A stretch of DNA of 64,000 nucleotides from IMG/VR virus record IMGVR_UViG_3300021977_000001; one strand, given 5' to 3'. Shown here one piece after another: positions 27,232 to 36,739 of this stretch (position 1 is its first letter; each line of letters opens with the position of its first letter). Origin of the DNA: a virus. The notes below the pieces were generated by a model. That model saw only the letters and a program-made list of their open reading frames with translations, was not told where the DNA came from and did not search any database. The position numbers and the translations under genes were made by a program.

Positions 27232-27950
27232 GCGTAGATGTTAAACGCATCTACATCTAAGAATTGTAAATTCATATAGCCAGTTAACGCTATTGTTGCT
27301 GCATCCCATACATTCATTTTCTTATAAAACATGGAGGCTGTCTCATCAAGGGACGCTTCCATGAGTTGTGCCGCCTCGCCAAACGCTTTTAATTTAGGGA
27401 CGTACCAGACCATCTCAGACATGACCTGACTATGTATAGATTTATGATGCATGGTAAACCACGTAATAAAGTCATACATAAAGACCGTCTTATAACTGCC
27501 CTGAAAGAAAGCAGGTGTAGTGAGGTGTCGCGGTACGTTTATGGTCTTAACGTCAGTAATGCCTAAATGGTGAGCAATGCTATTTGCTATCACCTGACAG
27601 TGTTGCTCGGGAAGGCGATAGGGCGCAGTGTTGATATGTACTGCAACCGGGTCTACCATGGGTATGCCCGCAGAACCTTTATTGGCCTCTCTAACAAAGT
27701 CTTTTAGTACCCGTACTAAATTACTCATCATGGACTTAGCGAGTAACGTGAGATCATGACTTGTATAAAGACTATTAACCTCATGCGTGTTGATTAGCGT
27801 ATCTAACACACCCCAATCATCAGTCTCTCTCGTTTCATAACCGTTAGCTAAAACGCGTTTAGCGGTAGAGACACCATATATCTCTTCAATACAGGCTATT
27901 CGCGTATCCATTAACGCGTTAAGTTCAACGTATACGGTTTGATTGCTCAT
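27228..27950 (-). CDS. conserved hypothetical protein (240 aa), possibly a degenerate HAD-like fold
   Basis: N-terminal VYVELNALMDTRI resembles the ..DLD.LLDTR motif of a phiKZ-like family. Confidence 0.65.
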   Translation of the reverse strand: MSNQTVYVELNALMDTRIACIEEIYGVSTAKRVLANGYETRETDDWGVLDTLINTHEVNSLYTSHDLTLLAKSMMSNLVRVLKDFVREANKGSAGIPMVDPVAVHINTAPYRLPEQHCQVIANSIAHHLGITDVKTINVPRHLTTPAFFQGSYKTVFMYDFITWFTMHHKSIHSQVMSEMVWYVPKLKAFGEAAQLMEASLDETASMFYKKMNVWDAATIALTGYMNLQFLDVDAFNIYA

Positions 27951-28426
27951 TTCGCCGCCTTACTGATCTCCGCCATCAGACGTTTAAAGTTAGGACACAT
28001 TGCACTGACATAAAGCATCACGTACCAGAAATTGGCACGATATAAGGTTTCAAGATCACCATGGCTAGGAATGCTTTCTAAATAAGCACTATCTATCACT
28101 GTACCTTCGCGTTTGTTTTCTGTCAGACTTGTTGCAATCAATGCCACTAAACGATCGACATCTTTATCTTCATCAAAAGCACTCAGACGCCACTGCATGG
28201 TGATGCGTTCAATAAGCACTAACGTGTTTTTATTCTGACGTAACTCAGTCCATATCTTCTCAAGATCAGACTCATCGTAAACCCGAGCCATGTTAAAGCG
28301 TGCTAGAATAGCAAATAACGTTGCAAGGAATTGACGCTGCTTAGTTTCAGACTGCTCATCAATCACACCTATCAGGATAGAATCTAACTCCCCTATCACA
28401 TCTTTAACTAATGTTTTATCACTCAC
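27947..28426 (-). CDS. hypothetical protein (159 aa)
   Basis: Overlapping start/stop codons with both neighbours. Confidence 0.75.
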   Translation of the reverse strand: MSDKTLVKDVIGELDSILIGVIDEQSETKQRQFLATLFAILARFNMARVYDESDLEKIWTELRQNKNTLVLIERITMQWRLSAFDEDKDVDRLVALIATSLTENKREGTVIDSAYLESIPSHGDLETLYRANFWYVMLYVSAMCPNFKRLMAEISKAAK

Positions 28427-29087
28427 TGAGATTATTCCTTAAATGCATGCCGGTTAAAATAGCACTAAGCGTTTCGGTTGATTTAACTTTAGACCCTAGA
28501 GCTTTAATACTGTCTATATCAGATTCACCGGTTTCTAATATCTGTCGGTTCATGGCGTTAAATGCTACCTCATCCCCACCACGTAATTTGATAAGCTCTT
28601 CAATAGGCCCATCTAAGCCTAAAGAAAGCAATACACCTAGCTCAGGAAACGACAAAGCGGAGCCCTTAGAGATACCAGTAGCCTGGCCTGTAAGTTCATC
28701 TACGACGTTGTTGTTAGACGGTGTAGACATCTTCTTATCAAGTAACTGCGACTGTCGTCTCACCGGCATGTCGACGACCATGTATTTATGGGGTGTGGTG
28801 TAGGTTTCACCTGTATCGCTATCGGTGAGTACAATGTTCTCAAAGAAACTATGCCCGAGTTCTTTAGCTAGTTTAACATTGCGCGTGGTATCTAACTTAG
28901 CATCGTTTAAATTAGGCGCAATAATGGGCAATACAAAACCATTTTTAATGTCCTGCATTAGCTTATCAAAATCACGATCACTCATGTCTTTAAACAATGC
29001 TTCATAAAGGGCACGGTTCTCACCACCAGGTAAGATCTTATCCATGAAATCTAGGATAAATGTTTCTGCTGCTTTACGGTTAGCCAT
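28419..29087 (-). CDS. virion RNA polymerase beta subunit, C-terminal part (phiKZ gp149/SPN3US gp218-like), 222 aa
   Basis: ELTGQATGISKGSALSFPELGVLLSLG..ELIKLRGGD matches the beta C-terminal GQ.FGEME..AL...G....ELL..KSDD region. Confidence 0.85.
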   Translation of the reverse strand: MANRKAAETFILDFMDKILPGGENRALYEALFKDMSDRDFDKLMQDIKNGFVLPIIAPNLNDAKLDTTRNVKLAKELGHSFFENIVLTDSDTGETYTTPHKYMVVDMPVRRQSQLLDKKMSTPSNNNVVDELTGQATGISKGSALSFPELGVLLSLGLDGPIEELIKLRGGDEVAFNAMNRQILETGESDIDSIKALGSKVKSTETLSAILTGMHLRNNLSE

Positions 29088-29119
29088 AAACTTATTCTCT
29101 CATTTAATTAATACAGGTC

Positions 29120-29575
29120 TCATACCGATGCTGTAGATAACGGCAAGTTTTGACCCAAGAACTCACTTAAACTTCGAGACCAGCGACTGCGCTTAACCAC
29201 ACCAGGTAACTGCTGGTACATGCATTGTTCTTCACTGTTCAGCGTTTCAAACAACATAGCACATTCATCATGACCCATTTCTACTGCCACAGCACAGCAA
29301 AGACAAGCGCTATCTTCGCGTGTGTTCTTATCAAAAGCATTAAAGAACCCTTGTAAACTTAGAGGGTCTAAATGATGCTGCTTTCGTTGCTCAACTAACA
29401 AACAAGCTTCTCTAGTAGACAACTTATCAAAATCAATATCACCATTGCCCATCAGGTGCTTAATAAGTGCTATTCTGCACTCATCTTCTAATACGCTACG
29501 ATACGTCGCGTCGCAACAGTGATCAATTAAGAATTGTTTAATCTTTACATGGTGTTTACAGTAGAGTGATCGCAT
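29120..29575 (-). CDS. Cys-rich hypothetical protein (151 aa, 10 Cys)
   Basis: AGGA RBS; operon context. Confidence 0.7.
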   Translation of the reverse strand: MRSLYCKHHVKIKQFLIDHCCDATYRSVLEDECRIALIKHLMGNGDIDFDKLSTREACLLVEQRKQHHLDPLSLQGFFNAFDKNTREDSACLCCAVAVEMGHDECAMLFETLNSEEQCMYQQLPGVVKRSRWSRSLSEFLGQNLPLSTASV

Positions 29576-29586
29576 AATAGAATATC

Positions 29587-29916
29587 CTATTCATACCACG
29601 GCGGTAGTTCGTCGTAGATGTGGTGATCTAAAAGTAGTCGATGTTCTATGACAAAAGGTACTACGTATTGAACAAAGTCAATAATCCATTGGTCTTGACT
29701 AACGTGATTGTTAAGGTATCCACGTACTTCTACGGTGTCGACACCTCTAACGGTCCCAACATGCATATGCCAGAACCGGTTCAACCGTTCCATGTGGATA
29801 CGGTTTCTTGGATGTGCGTCAGCGGGGCGGTATTGTTGCCTGAACGCTTCTGCAATAGATTTGTTTTTACGTGATAAATAATAATGGACATCATCGTGCA
29901 GGGCCATAAAAGACAC
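29587..29916 (-). CDS. hypothetical protein (109 aa)
   Basis: GGAG RBS; operon context. Confidence 0.7.
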   Translation of the reverse strand: MSFMALHDDVHYYLSRKNKSIAEAFRQQYRPADAHPRNRIHMERLNRFWHMHVGTVRGVDTVEVRGYLNNHVSQDQWIIDFVQYVVPFVIEHRLLLDHHIYDELPPWYE

Positions 29917-29924
29917 TCCAACAG

Positions 29925-30341
29925 TTAGTCATGCATTTGTTCATCCACATGTTCTATTTCCTTATCATACATCACGTGTCCAATTAGCGAATCTAACGTG
30001 ATGACCTCATAACTACCCGGTTTAAATATGTGCTTCATAAACCCAGCTGGCTCCCATCCATAATACGGACACTCGTGAATATCAGTGTCTGGTTCTTTAT
30101 AACCCTTGTGCCACGGCCATGCAGGTGCACCGGCACGATGAAATAACGCCTTAACCAACATATAGTCTAAAACGCTATCACACTTAACTGATTTACCTTG
30201 TAGTGTTGGCTTAGATGCTTCGTTAGCCATAGAGACAACATTTTCAACACCTTGATCGAATGGGGTTATCCCCAGCCGATTTAAGTACTCAACTGCTGCA
30301 GTATAACTTTCAGGGTTGTTTTTGTTAAATACAAGTTCCAT
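29925..30341 (-). CDS. hypothetical protein (138 aa)
   Basis: AAGGA RBS; operon context. Confidence 0.7.
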   Translation of the reverse strand: MELVFNKNNPESYTAAVEYLNRLGITPFDQGVENVVSMANEASKPTLQGKSVKCDSVLDYMLVKALFHRAGAPAWPWHKGYKEPDTDIHECPYYGWEPAGFMKHIFKPGSYEVITLDSLIGHVMYDKEIEHVDEQMHD

Positions 30342-30350
30342 AGTTTATCC

Positions 30351-30728
30351 TTAGTAGAGTACGACGAATACTGAATCTGGATTTTGCTTATAGGCAAGGT
30401 CGATGGCGTGTTTGGTTCCCCTACTCTTACCGTCCCAGAAAAACAATTGAATATCGGACATTACAACCAGCGTCTTATTACGCTTAAACCCAGCCGACTT
30501 ACCATATAAATGCCATTTAGCTTCATAGAGCGTAAAGGAAAGATTATTAGCTTTTGCGTATGCCTCAGCCATACTATCAGCGCCAAACGCTCCGCCGCTT
30601 ATTATAGAAAAGGAGGTTAATATCCCTTTCTCAATAAGCATGCGGATAGCCTTGCACATGAGATGATAACTGGTAAATCCCCTAGAACCGCCTATGAAGA
30701 GGGTTTGTTCTTCTTGAGTTTTATCCAT
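30351..30728 (-). CDS. SLOG-superfamily protein (DUF2493/YspA-like), 125 aa
   Basis: IGGSRGF, ISGGAFGADSMAEAYA, GKSAGFKRN and FWDGKSRGTKHAI. Confidence 0.85.
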   Translation of the reverse strand: MDKTQEEQTLFIGGSRGFTSYHLMCKAIRMLIEKGILTSFSIISGGAFGADSMAEAYAKANNLSFTLYEAKWHLYGKSAGFKRNKTLVVMSDIQLFFWDGKSRGTKHAIDLAYKQNPDSVFVVLY

Positions 30729-30997
30729 TTACCTTTACCTTCATCAAACGTGTAATAGTTAATGGTAGGATCTGAAATAGAAACAGGGGTAAATGCACGG
30801 TCACCCTTTACTTTAACAAGACTAGTATTAACATCCACTATCTCAAACCACGTAAAAGGTATCCCTTTAAGTGTCTCATTGGTGATGTTTTTGTTCAACC
30901 AGTCTAAAAGCAATTTAACTTGTTGACTGCCTGTTTGAAAATCACCCATCCCACCGTAAGGTTGACCCGTACCTGCAAATAACCAATATCGTTTCAC
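30692..30997 (-). CDS. hypothetical protein (101 aa)
   Basis: AAGGAG RBS, GTG start; RYWLFAG..YGGMGDF motif. Confidence 0.65.
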   Translation of the reverse strand: MKRYWLFAGTGQPYGGMGDFQTGSQQVKLLLDWLNKNITNETLKGIPFTWFEIVDVNTSLVKVKGDRAFTPVSISDPTINYYTFDEGKGKWIKLKKNKPSS

Positions 30998-30998
30998 A

Positions 30999-32474
30999 TT
31001 ACACTCCTTTAGAGAACATGTCTTTTAATTTATTCTCAATGCCCTTCTCTTTACAGTACGCATCCCACCAATACGGGTAGTATTCTTTACGCGCCAGACG
31101 ACAAAGATCAATGGTTGATAAGAAGCGCTTTTCTTCAACGGCTTCTAATTCTTTAGGTAGCCAGTAGCCACGTGTGTCGTTTAAGATAGTATCCCAACTA
31201 ATACCCAGGTCGTTAATGGCCTTATAGAGATATTCAGGTGATAGTACGACATCACCCATGCTCTTCCACAACGTACTAATCATGCAAAGCTCGCATGTAA
31301 TCTCTAAGGCACGTTTAAGCTTAGGATCTTGGTCAATAAGTCCACGTACTGTAGTTCGACCCAGCGTTCTATCCGGATAGATGCTTAGCGCGTAGTTTCT
31401 ATCATTACCTTCTAAGCCAAACTTCTTCTCTTTAATGTAATGGAATTCACTTAAACCCATCAACATACCGTCACGCTGTGAGGCAATGATCTCAAACGGT
31501 AAACCGGTTGCACCGCTCTTAGAACGTAGTACCTGAATAGTAATAAGTTGTAAGTCCATATCGCCTGGTGTGCGATCATCGCCATCGCGTGGGTATAGAG
31601 GTGTTTTATCCGCTTTGTTAAATAAAGGCGATGCGCTTAAACAGTTAAAGAGAATATTAGTTAAGAACGTAAAGTTCTCAGGACAGCGTTTTAACTTAGT
31701 GCCCTGTTTAAGGAACTGAAGTTTCTTCTTAGATGGCGCGTATGGATCATCTAAGATCTCATCGCCCAAGTGAGCCGTAACCGTTAAAAAGATACCGTGG
31801 TTAGAAACCAGTTTAGGTATTTGTATAACCATCTGACTCTTTGCTGCACCGATACGGGCTGCTTCCATGTTCATCTTAGAGTCACCCACCTGGTTCTTAT
31901 CGTAGATAAGGTCGACAGAGTCGATGCTCATGTTAGAGATAGAATCAATACCTGCCATAGTAGGTCTTAACATAGGTAGATTTTTACCTGATGCGTTGAT
32001 GAAAGGAGTAGTGACCGTACCTTTCTTATCCTTAACCTTTTCTTTAGCATACGCTTTAAGCTGATGGAAATACTGATTGCCACTCATGCCGTTGTTATCA
32101 GTAACCATTACCGCACCTGAGTCATCAACATCCCACCCAGACAATCCTGGGAAAAACTCACCTAGGTGTTCGATACGAGCAGGGCTCAACGATGACTCAC
32201 TATCATAAACCAGATACAGTGACTGTTGATTAGCTTTGTTGTGAACGTCACCATAGCGTGATAACGCGCTAAGGTTAAAATAGTTCATGACGGTAGTCTT
32301 GTAGGTGTTAGCACGACCGCACACGCCTAAGAAATGCGGATAGCCACCATTAAGAATATGCTCGCCGTATTCCCCTACGTGGTAACTACCCGACTGGATA
32401 TCAAACATACTGCCAACGTTCAACATTGGTCTTATTTTAGGTACTTTAACGAAAAAGTCATTAGGGTTTGCCAT
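30999..32474 (-). CDS. uvsX: UvsX/RecA-like recombinase (phiKZ gp152-like), 491 aa
   Basis: RPMLNVGSMFDI, Walker A-like GRANTYKTT, YDSESS, Walker B-like GIDSIS, VLRSKSG. Confidence 0.85.
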   Translation of the reverse strand: MANPNDFFVKVPKIRPMLNVGSMFDIQSGSYHVGEYGEHILNGGYPHFLGVCGRANTYKTTVMNYFNLSALSRYGDVHNKANQQSLYLVYDSESSLSPARIEHLGEFFPGLSGWDVDDSGAVMVTDNNGMSGNQYFHQLKAYAKEKVKDKKGTVTTPFINASGKNLPMLRPTMAGIDSISNMSIDSVDLIYDKNQVGDSKMNMEAARIGAAKSQMVIQIPKLVSNHGIFLTVTAHLGDEILDDPYAPSKKKLQFLKQGTKLKRCPENFTFLTNILFNCLSASPLFNKADKTPLYPRDGDDRTPGDMDLQLITIQVLRSKSGATGLPFEIIASQRDGMLMGLSEFHYIKEKKFGLEGNDRNYALSIYPDRTLGRTTVRGLIDQDPKLKRALEITCELCMISTLWKSMGDVVLSPEYLYKAINDLGISWDTILNDTRGYWLPKELEAVEEKRFLSTIDLCRLARKEYYPYWWDAYCKEKGIENKLKDMFSKGV

Positions 32475-32538
32475 AGTGGGGCCTTATTGTTAAATAATCA
32501 TCTCAAACAATGTCTCATGTCTGTCGTTTTAAACACAC

Positions 32539-32568
32539 ACGGCATAAAGCAGGGCATTAATGCCCTGC
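32539..32568 (-). terminator. Perfect palindromic hairpin over a stop codon, plus TATGCCGT
   Basis: GCAGGGCATTAATGCCCTGC at 32549-32568; ACGGCATA at 32539-32546. Confidence 0.75.
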
Positions 32569-32988
32569 TAAATAGCGTTGATATTCCGTATCAGATACCC
32601 GTCTAACGGATGGGTCGTTAAGCTCCATTAACACAACGCGATAAACTAAAAGCGTATCTTCCTGCATGATGTCGCTGTTATGTCCGTAACGTAACCAGTC
32701 TGGGGTAGAACGTTCTATATCATCCATCGATATTTTATTATGCGTTACTACCTCTTCTGATATCATTTCACCTAATGGCGTATTTCTCCATATGACTTCG
32801 GTAAACAAACCAGGCAGGTTAAAGGTTTCATCGTTAGGGGTCCAATCTAAACAGACCCCGTAAAGACGACTATAGTTCACTTCTCTATGGCTACGACGTA
32901 CGAGGAAGGTAAACAACGTGGTGATGTAGAATAGACGTTTCATCATATCCGGCATGAAGCGTTTGCATAATGCGGTGGATACTGACAT
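32557..32988 (-). CDS. conserved hypothetical protein (143 aa)
   Basis: AGGAGG RBS; conserved position between RNase H and UvsX. Confidence 0.75.
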   Translation of the reverse strand: MSVSTALCKRFMPDMMKRLFYITTLFTFLVRRSHREVNYSRLYGVCLDWTPNDETFNLPGLFTEVIWRNTPLGEMISEEVVTHNKISMDDIERSTPDWLRYGHNSDIMQEDTLLVYRVVLMELNDPSVRRVSDTEYQRYLAGH

Positions 32989-33001
32989 ACGTCACCTCCT
33001 A

Positions 33002-34360
33002 TTAGATAATCCGAGTATTAGCATAACCGCAGGCCCATATTCCGATGTCGTCCTCAGTTTCCAAGACAAACCCATAATTAAATGAGGTCTTAGACGATGG
33101 CCACGTTAATATACTAATGCGTTTGATGACTTTAGATAAAGCAGCTAAGGCGTTACGTGATGGAATATCTACACCAAAGGTAAGCGTGATCTCTGTAAAG
33201 CCTGTAGTTAACCCCACGCCGTGTTCAGCATCTAACTTAATAGATTTAATTCCAGTAGGAAGTTCTTTGCTAAACTCGTAAACTTCACGTTCGTTTTTAC
33301 CCTTGCCCTTTGTTACTTTATTATAGAATTTATCAGTAACGTCAGTTAAACGCCAGTTGTCAGGAAGATCGTTATTAATAACGTGTTTTAAACGTTCTTC
33401 TAGATTCCCTAAGACATCTAAAAGGTAGAAACTTCTACCGACGGGTCGCACTTCGCTAGTTAGCTGTTGTTTATCAAAGGTAAGAATATCTCGCGTTCTA
33501 GGTTTGCGAGAAGTGTGTATAGTGCCGTTGTTGTATAACTCAGGATAATTCCTTGATGAGAAGATATCGGTTAAATGACCAGTAAACATCATTTGCTCAC
33601 CTTCTTCAACGTAGCGGTTCTGGTGATCTCTTAACGACTCTAGTACTTTATCGGGTTCTTTCAAATATAAGATGCTATGTCCGGCATCTGATTCTGGTTT
33701 ACCTATGATATCGTGATTACCACAATAATAGATATGGTGGCCGGTCTCACTCTCGTTATTTACGTTGGTATTGAAATACCAATAGTTGTGACAGAATAGA
33801 CGGTTATAGGCGGGGGCTTTAACTTTACCGTATTTCTTAGCTTCAGTGGCTTCGTGAAATGAAACATGGTGTCCGTTAGTAGATAACATAACGCCCTTTG
33901 TTGCATTCTTATCAGCGGCCTCGTTGCCTTTGATATCAGCGTGTCCCTTTATCCACTTAAACGTTACCTGATTACCTTTACCAGTAAACTCAGCACGTGC
34001 ATTAGCTAAGGACTCCCAATAGCTTCTATTTTTAACAGGCTCACCATCATGCCTTAACCAGTTATTCGCTTCCCACTTCTCATAACGGTCATTGATACCG
34101 TCGATCACATAACGTGAATCTGACAAGATAAGTAAGTCTTCAACGTTATATTGATCAGCTACCTCAATCGCTTCTTTAACGGCTACCATTTCTGCTACGT
34201 TGTTAGTAGTAAGCTCTTCAATACTACCCCATCCATCGTATACGTAATCGCCAATCTGACCGTGGTAGCCCCATCCTGCGAATCCTTTACCACTGCTGTG
34301 ATTTCTGCAGCCACCGTCAGTATACAACGTGGCTTTTATGCTAGGTGTTTCATTACTCAT
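33002..34360 (-). CDS. rnhA: ribonuclease HI with C-terminal extension (phiKZ gp155-like), 452 aa
   Basis: LYTDGGC, TNNVAEMVA, ILSDSRYV and WIKGHADIKGNEAADKNA: the complete D-E-D-H-D set. Confidence 0.92.
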   Translation of the reverse strand: MSNETPSIKATLYTDGGCRNHSSGKGFAGWGYHGQIGDYVYDGWGSIEELTTNNVAEMVAVKEAIEVADQYNVEDLLILSDSRYVIDGINDRYEKWEANNWLRHDGEPVKNRSYWESLANARAEFTGKGNQVTFKWIKGHADIKGNEAADKNATKGVMLSTNGHHVSFHEATEAKKYGKVKAPAYNRLFCHNYWYFNTNVNNESETGHHIYYCGNHDIIGKPESDAGHSILYLKEPDKVLESLRDHQNRYVEEGEQMMFTGHLTDIFSSRNYPELYNNGTIHTSRKPRTRDILTFDKQQLTSEVRPVGRSFYLLDVLGNLEERLKHVINNDLPDNWRLTDVTDKFYNKVTKGKGKNEREVYEFSKELPTGIKSIKLDAEHGVGLTTGFTEITLTFGVDIPSRNALAALSKVIKRISILTWPSSKTSFNYGFVLETEDDIGIWACGYANTRII

Positions 34361-34423
34361 TGGTCATGTTCCATAAATATTTTAATGCAGGTCTCTATAA
34401 TTATTATTATTACCTGTAAAGCC

Positions 34424-34888
34424 CTACTGTGTTTTACATTGTTGGTTAAAACGCTCTACATCTTCAAGGTAGATGCTTCTTAATTTAGACGCATAATCAT
34501 ACAGCGCAGCAGTATATTCACCAAATGCTTGAAAGGCTTCATCTTCATTTGCGTAGCTAGATAAATCGACCGAATCGGGTAACGGTTTTAAGTTAGGCGT
34601 GGGAAACGGTATAAACCGCCTACACGCATCCACAACGGGTTCTTCTATCCGGTCTTCCAGTTGGTTAATGTATAACGATAAACGTTCATGATAGCGCTTG
34701 AGGGCGTCTAAATAACGCTTAGCGGGATGATCTTGATCAATATCGTTATAATCCCAAATAAACATATCCATAGTTGGAGGTGGACCTATCTGGTCTACAG
34801 GTTTATTATCTTGAGGTTGTTCGTCAGGAACAACGCTTACACAACTTCCTAACAGTAATGTAGCGATAAGTAGCAGTGGACGTAACAT
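34424..34888 (-). CDS. outer-membrane lipoprotein, o-spanin-like (154 aa)
   Basis: Signal peptide with lipobox LLGS-C, Val at +2, Pro-rich segments, two further Cys. Confidence 0.6.
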   Translation of the reverse strand: MLRPLLLIATLLLGSCVSVVPDEQPQDNKPVDQIGPPPTMDMFIWDYNDIDQDHPAKRYLDALKRYHERLSLYINQLEDRIEEPVVDACRRFIPFPTPNLKPLPDSVDLSSYANEDEAFQAFGEYTAALYDYASKLRSIYLEDVERFNQQCKTQ

Positions 34889-35367
34889 TAGTTCTTCCCT
34901 ATTTTATTAAGCGCATCCAATATACTTCTACGATTAGTATCAGAAGGCGGGTTGTATTTTGGTGGTTCAGACGGTCGAGCTAAGCATTGATTTAACTCGC
35001 CTTGTAAATGCTTCAACTGAGCATTAAGTTGAATAACCTCACCTGCTTGGTCCTGCATGGTTTTTAACTGAGCAGGACTAGGTACACCGTCTCGCTTCAT
35101 TTGGTCGATTTCATCGTTTAATGCCGATACCTTTGCAGTAAGGGTTTTAATCTCTTTCTCTTTTGTTGCTAAATTGAGCTCTATACCCCTTGCATCGAAA
35201 TACAAAATACCTGTACCTATTAAGGAAGTTATAAGTAATAATAACAGTACCCTTCCTTTAGAGGGATCTTTATGTCCAGACATGTTAGCCTTCTCCCCCT
35301 TTAATAATGTGAGTAGAAACGGTAGAAATTGGGGCAGGGCTTTAAGAAAAGCAATGAATAGTGTCAA
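34888..35367 (-). CDS. inner-membrane coiled-coil protein, i-spanin-like (159 aa)
   Basis: Transmembrane segment VLLLLLITSLIGTGILYF followed by a coiled coil; TAATG coupling to the lipoprotein gene; GGGAG RBS with TTG start. Confidence 0.55.
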   Translation of the reverse strand: MTLFIAFLKALPQFLPFLLTLLKGEKANMSGHKDPSKGRVLLLLLITSLIGTGILYFDARGIELNLATKEKEIKTLTAKVSALNDEIDQMKRDGVPSPAQLKTMQDQAGEVIQLNAQLKHLQGELNQCLARPSEPPKYNPPSDTNRRSILDALNKIGKN

Positions 35368-35422
35368 TGTATCGCTCCCTACCTGAGTTGAATATGATGA
35401 TTAATTTTGGAGTCAGTTTATA

Positions 35423-36739
35423 ATGAGTACAGTAAAAGGGTTTGTCATTATCAATGATTTGATAAACAATGATAAGAATACCCTCTCCCCGGTTGGTGAA
35501 ATGTCATCACACGCCCGTTCCTATTCACCTGACAATCGTGAATACAGTTCTAACACCTACCCTAATCTGCGTCTTGCGCTAATGTCTACATTAGACGACA
35601 ATGGAGAGCAGATTGCCATTGGAGCAGAGGTAGGTAACGTATTATTAAATTTAGTTGACTACATCGATACTAAAGCACGTAACGGTGAACTTACTTCTAA
35701 CAATGCAGTATTAAATGAATTCATCAGTAACGATTATCCATCTATTGCTGTTGGTTTGTTTGTATCAGGAGCCATGGTAGCCTCTGATGCAGGTTACTAC
35801 TATCCCAGTTATATTAACTGGACTGCTAATGGTACTACGTTTACGTTATGGTTTTCTAATAACACGTTTCTACGTCAGTACGATGAGTATACCTTAATAC
35901 CTATCGCGCCAGTAGAAGAGCTCAACGACCTACATCGTCCGTATACCGAGATATCGGAAATACTGGTTAACGACCCTACAAGAATGTTAACGTTGGCTAA
36001 TGACGTATCAGAAGATGCACCATACACCTCACTTACTCCGTTCCAAGTGACGTGGAATGACAAACATTCTGAAACGACCATGGTACTGACCTGGTACGTG
36101 GTTCAATATGGGATTGCTGGCGATAACCCAGATGCTATTGCAGATGCTATTGCTAAATCTATCTTAGAGAATAGCGATTACGACTCTGTTGAGTGGTACG
36201 ATGTATTCCCTACCCTCTTTAGACCTACGGAGTTTATTATTGTTCCTATGTGGCACCGTGTAGCCATTGAAGAGCAAACCGGTCTTGCAGGAACATACTC
36301 GCCAACGGTAAATTACCAAGAGGCCATGAGTCTATCGCTTCCAGCGCTAAAGAACTACCCGCTAGAGCATGTCGATGCTAATATTGTTGTTAGTCACGCC
36401 GCGTATAAAACGCTCGCTTTCACTGCTATAGGCGAGATAGGTAACAGTGATGGTATTTCATCATTTGATGAGAAATTCACAGACTATACGGCCGTGTCGG
36501 CACAAGAGACAGACTTCAATCGTCTATCGCCGGAAACGCAGGATTGGGTTATCCTCTTTCATAGAATGTTAAACGCTGCAGAGACAGTCAATGAGTTTAC
36601 ACAACTAGATAGCGATATTTCAAGAATCACACGAGACGGTGTTGATTTCCTTATCGCCACCTATAATGATGTAAATTATCTGATTGTTCAAAAGCAAAGT
36701 TTTGAGGAGTATTATAGTGACTACGTTAGTCAAGGTTAA
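35423..36739 (+). CDS. putative virion structural protein (438 aa), phiKZ gp157-like
   Basis: LSPVGEMS..SYSPD and FPTLFRPTEFIIVPMW motifs; synteny. Confidence 0.6.
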   Translation: MSTVKGFVIINDLINNDKNTLSPVGEMSSHARSYSPDNREYSSNTYPNLRLALMSTLDDNGEQIAIGAEVGNVLLNLVDYIDTKARNGELTSNNAVLNEFISNDYPSIAVGLFVSGAMVASDAGYYYPSYINWTANGTTFTLWFSNNTFLRQYDEYTLIPIAPVEELNDLHRPYTEISEILVNDPTRMLTLANDVSEDAPYTSLTPFQVTWNDKHSETTMVLTWYVVQYGIAGDNPDAIADAIAKSILENSDYDSVEWYDVFPTLFRPTEFIIVPMWHRVAIEEQTGLAGTYSPTVNYQEAMSLSLPALKNYPLEHVDANIVVSHAAYKTLAFTAIGEIGNSDGISSFDEKFTDYTAVSAQETDFNRLSPETQDWVILFHRMLNAAETVNEFTQLDSDISRITRDGVDFLIATYNDVNYLIVQKQSFEEYYSDYVSQG

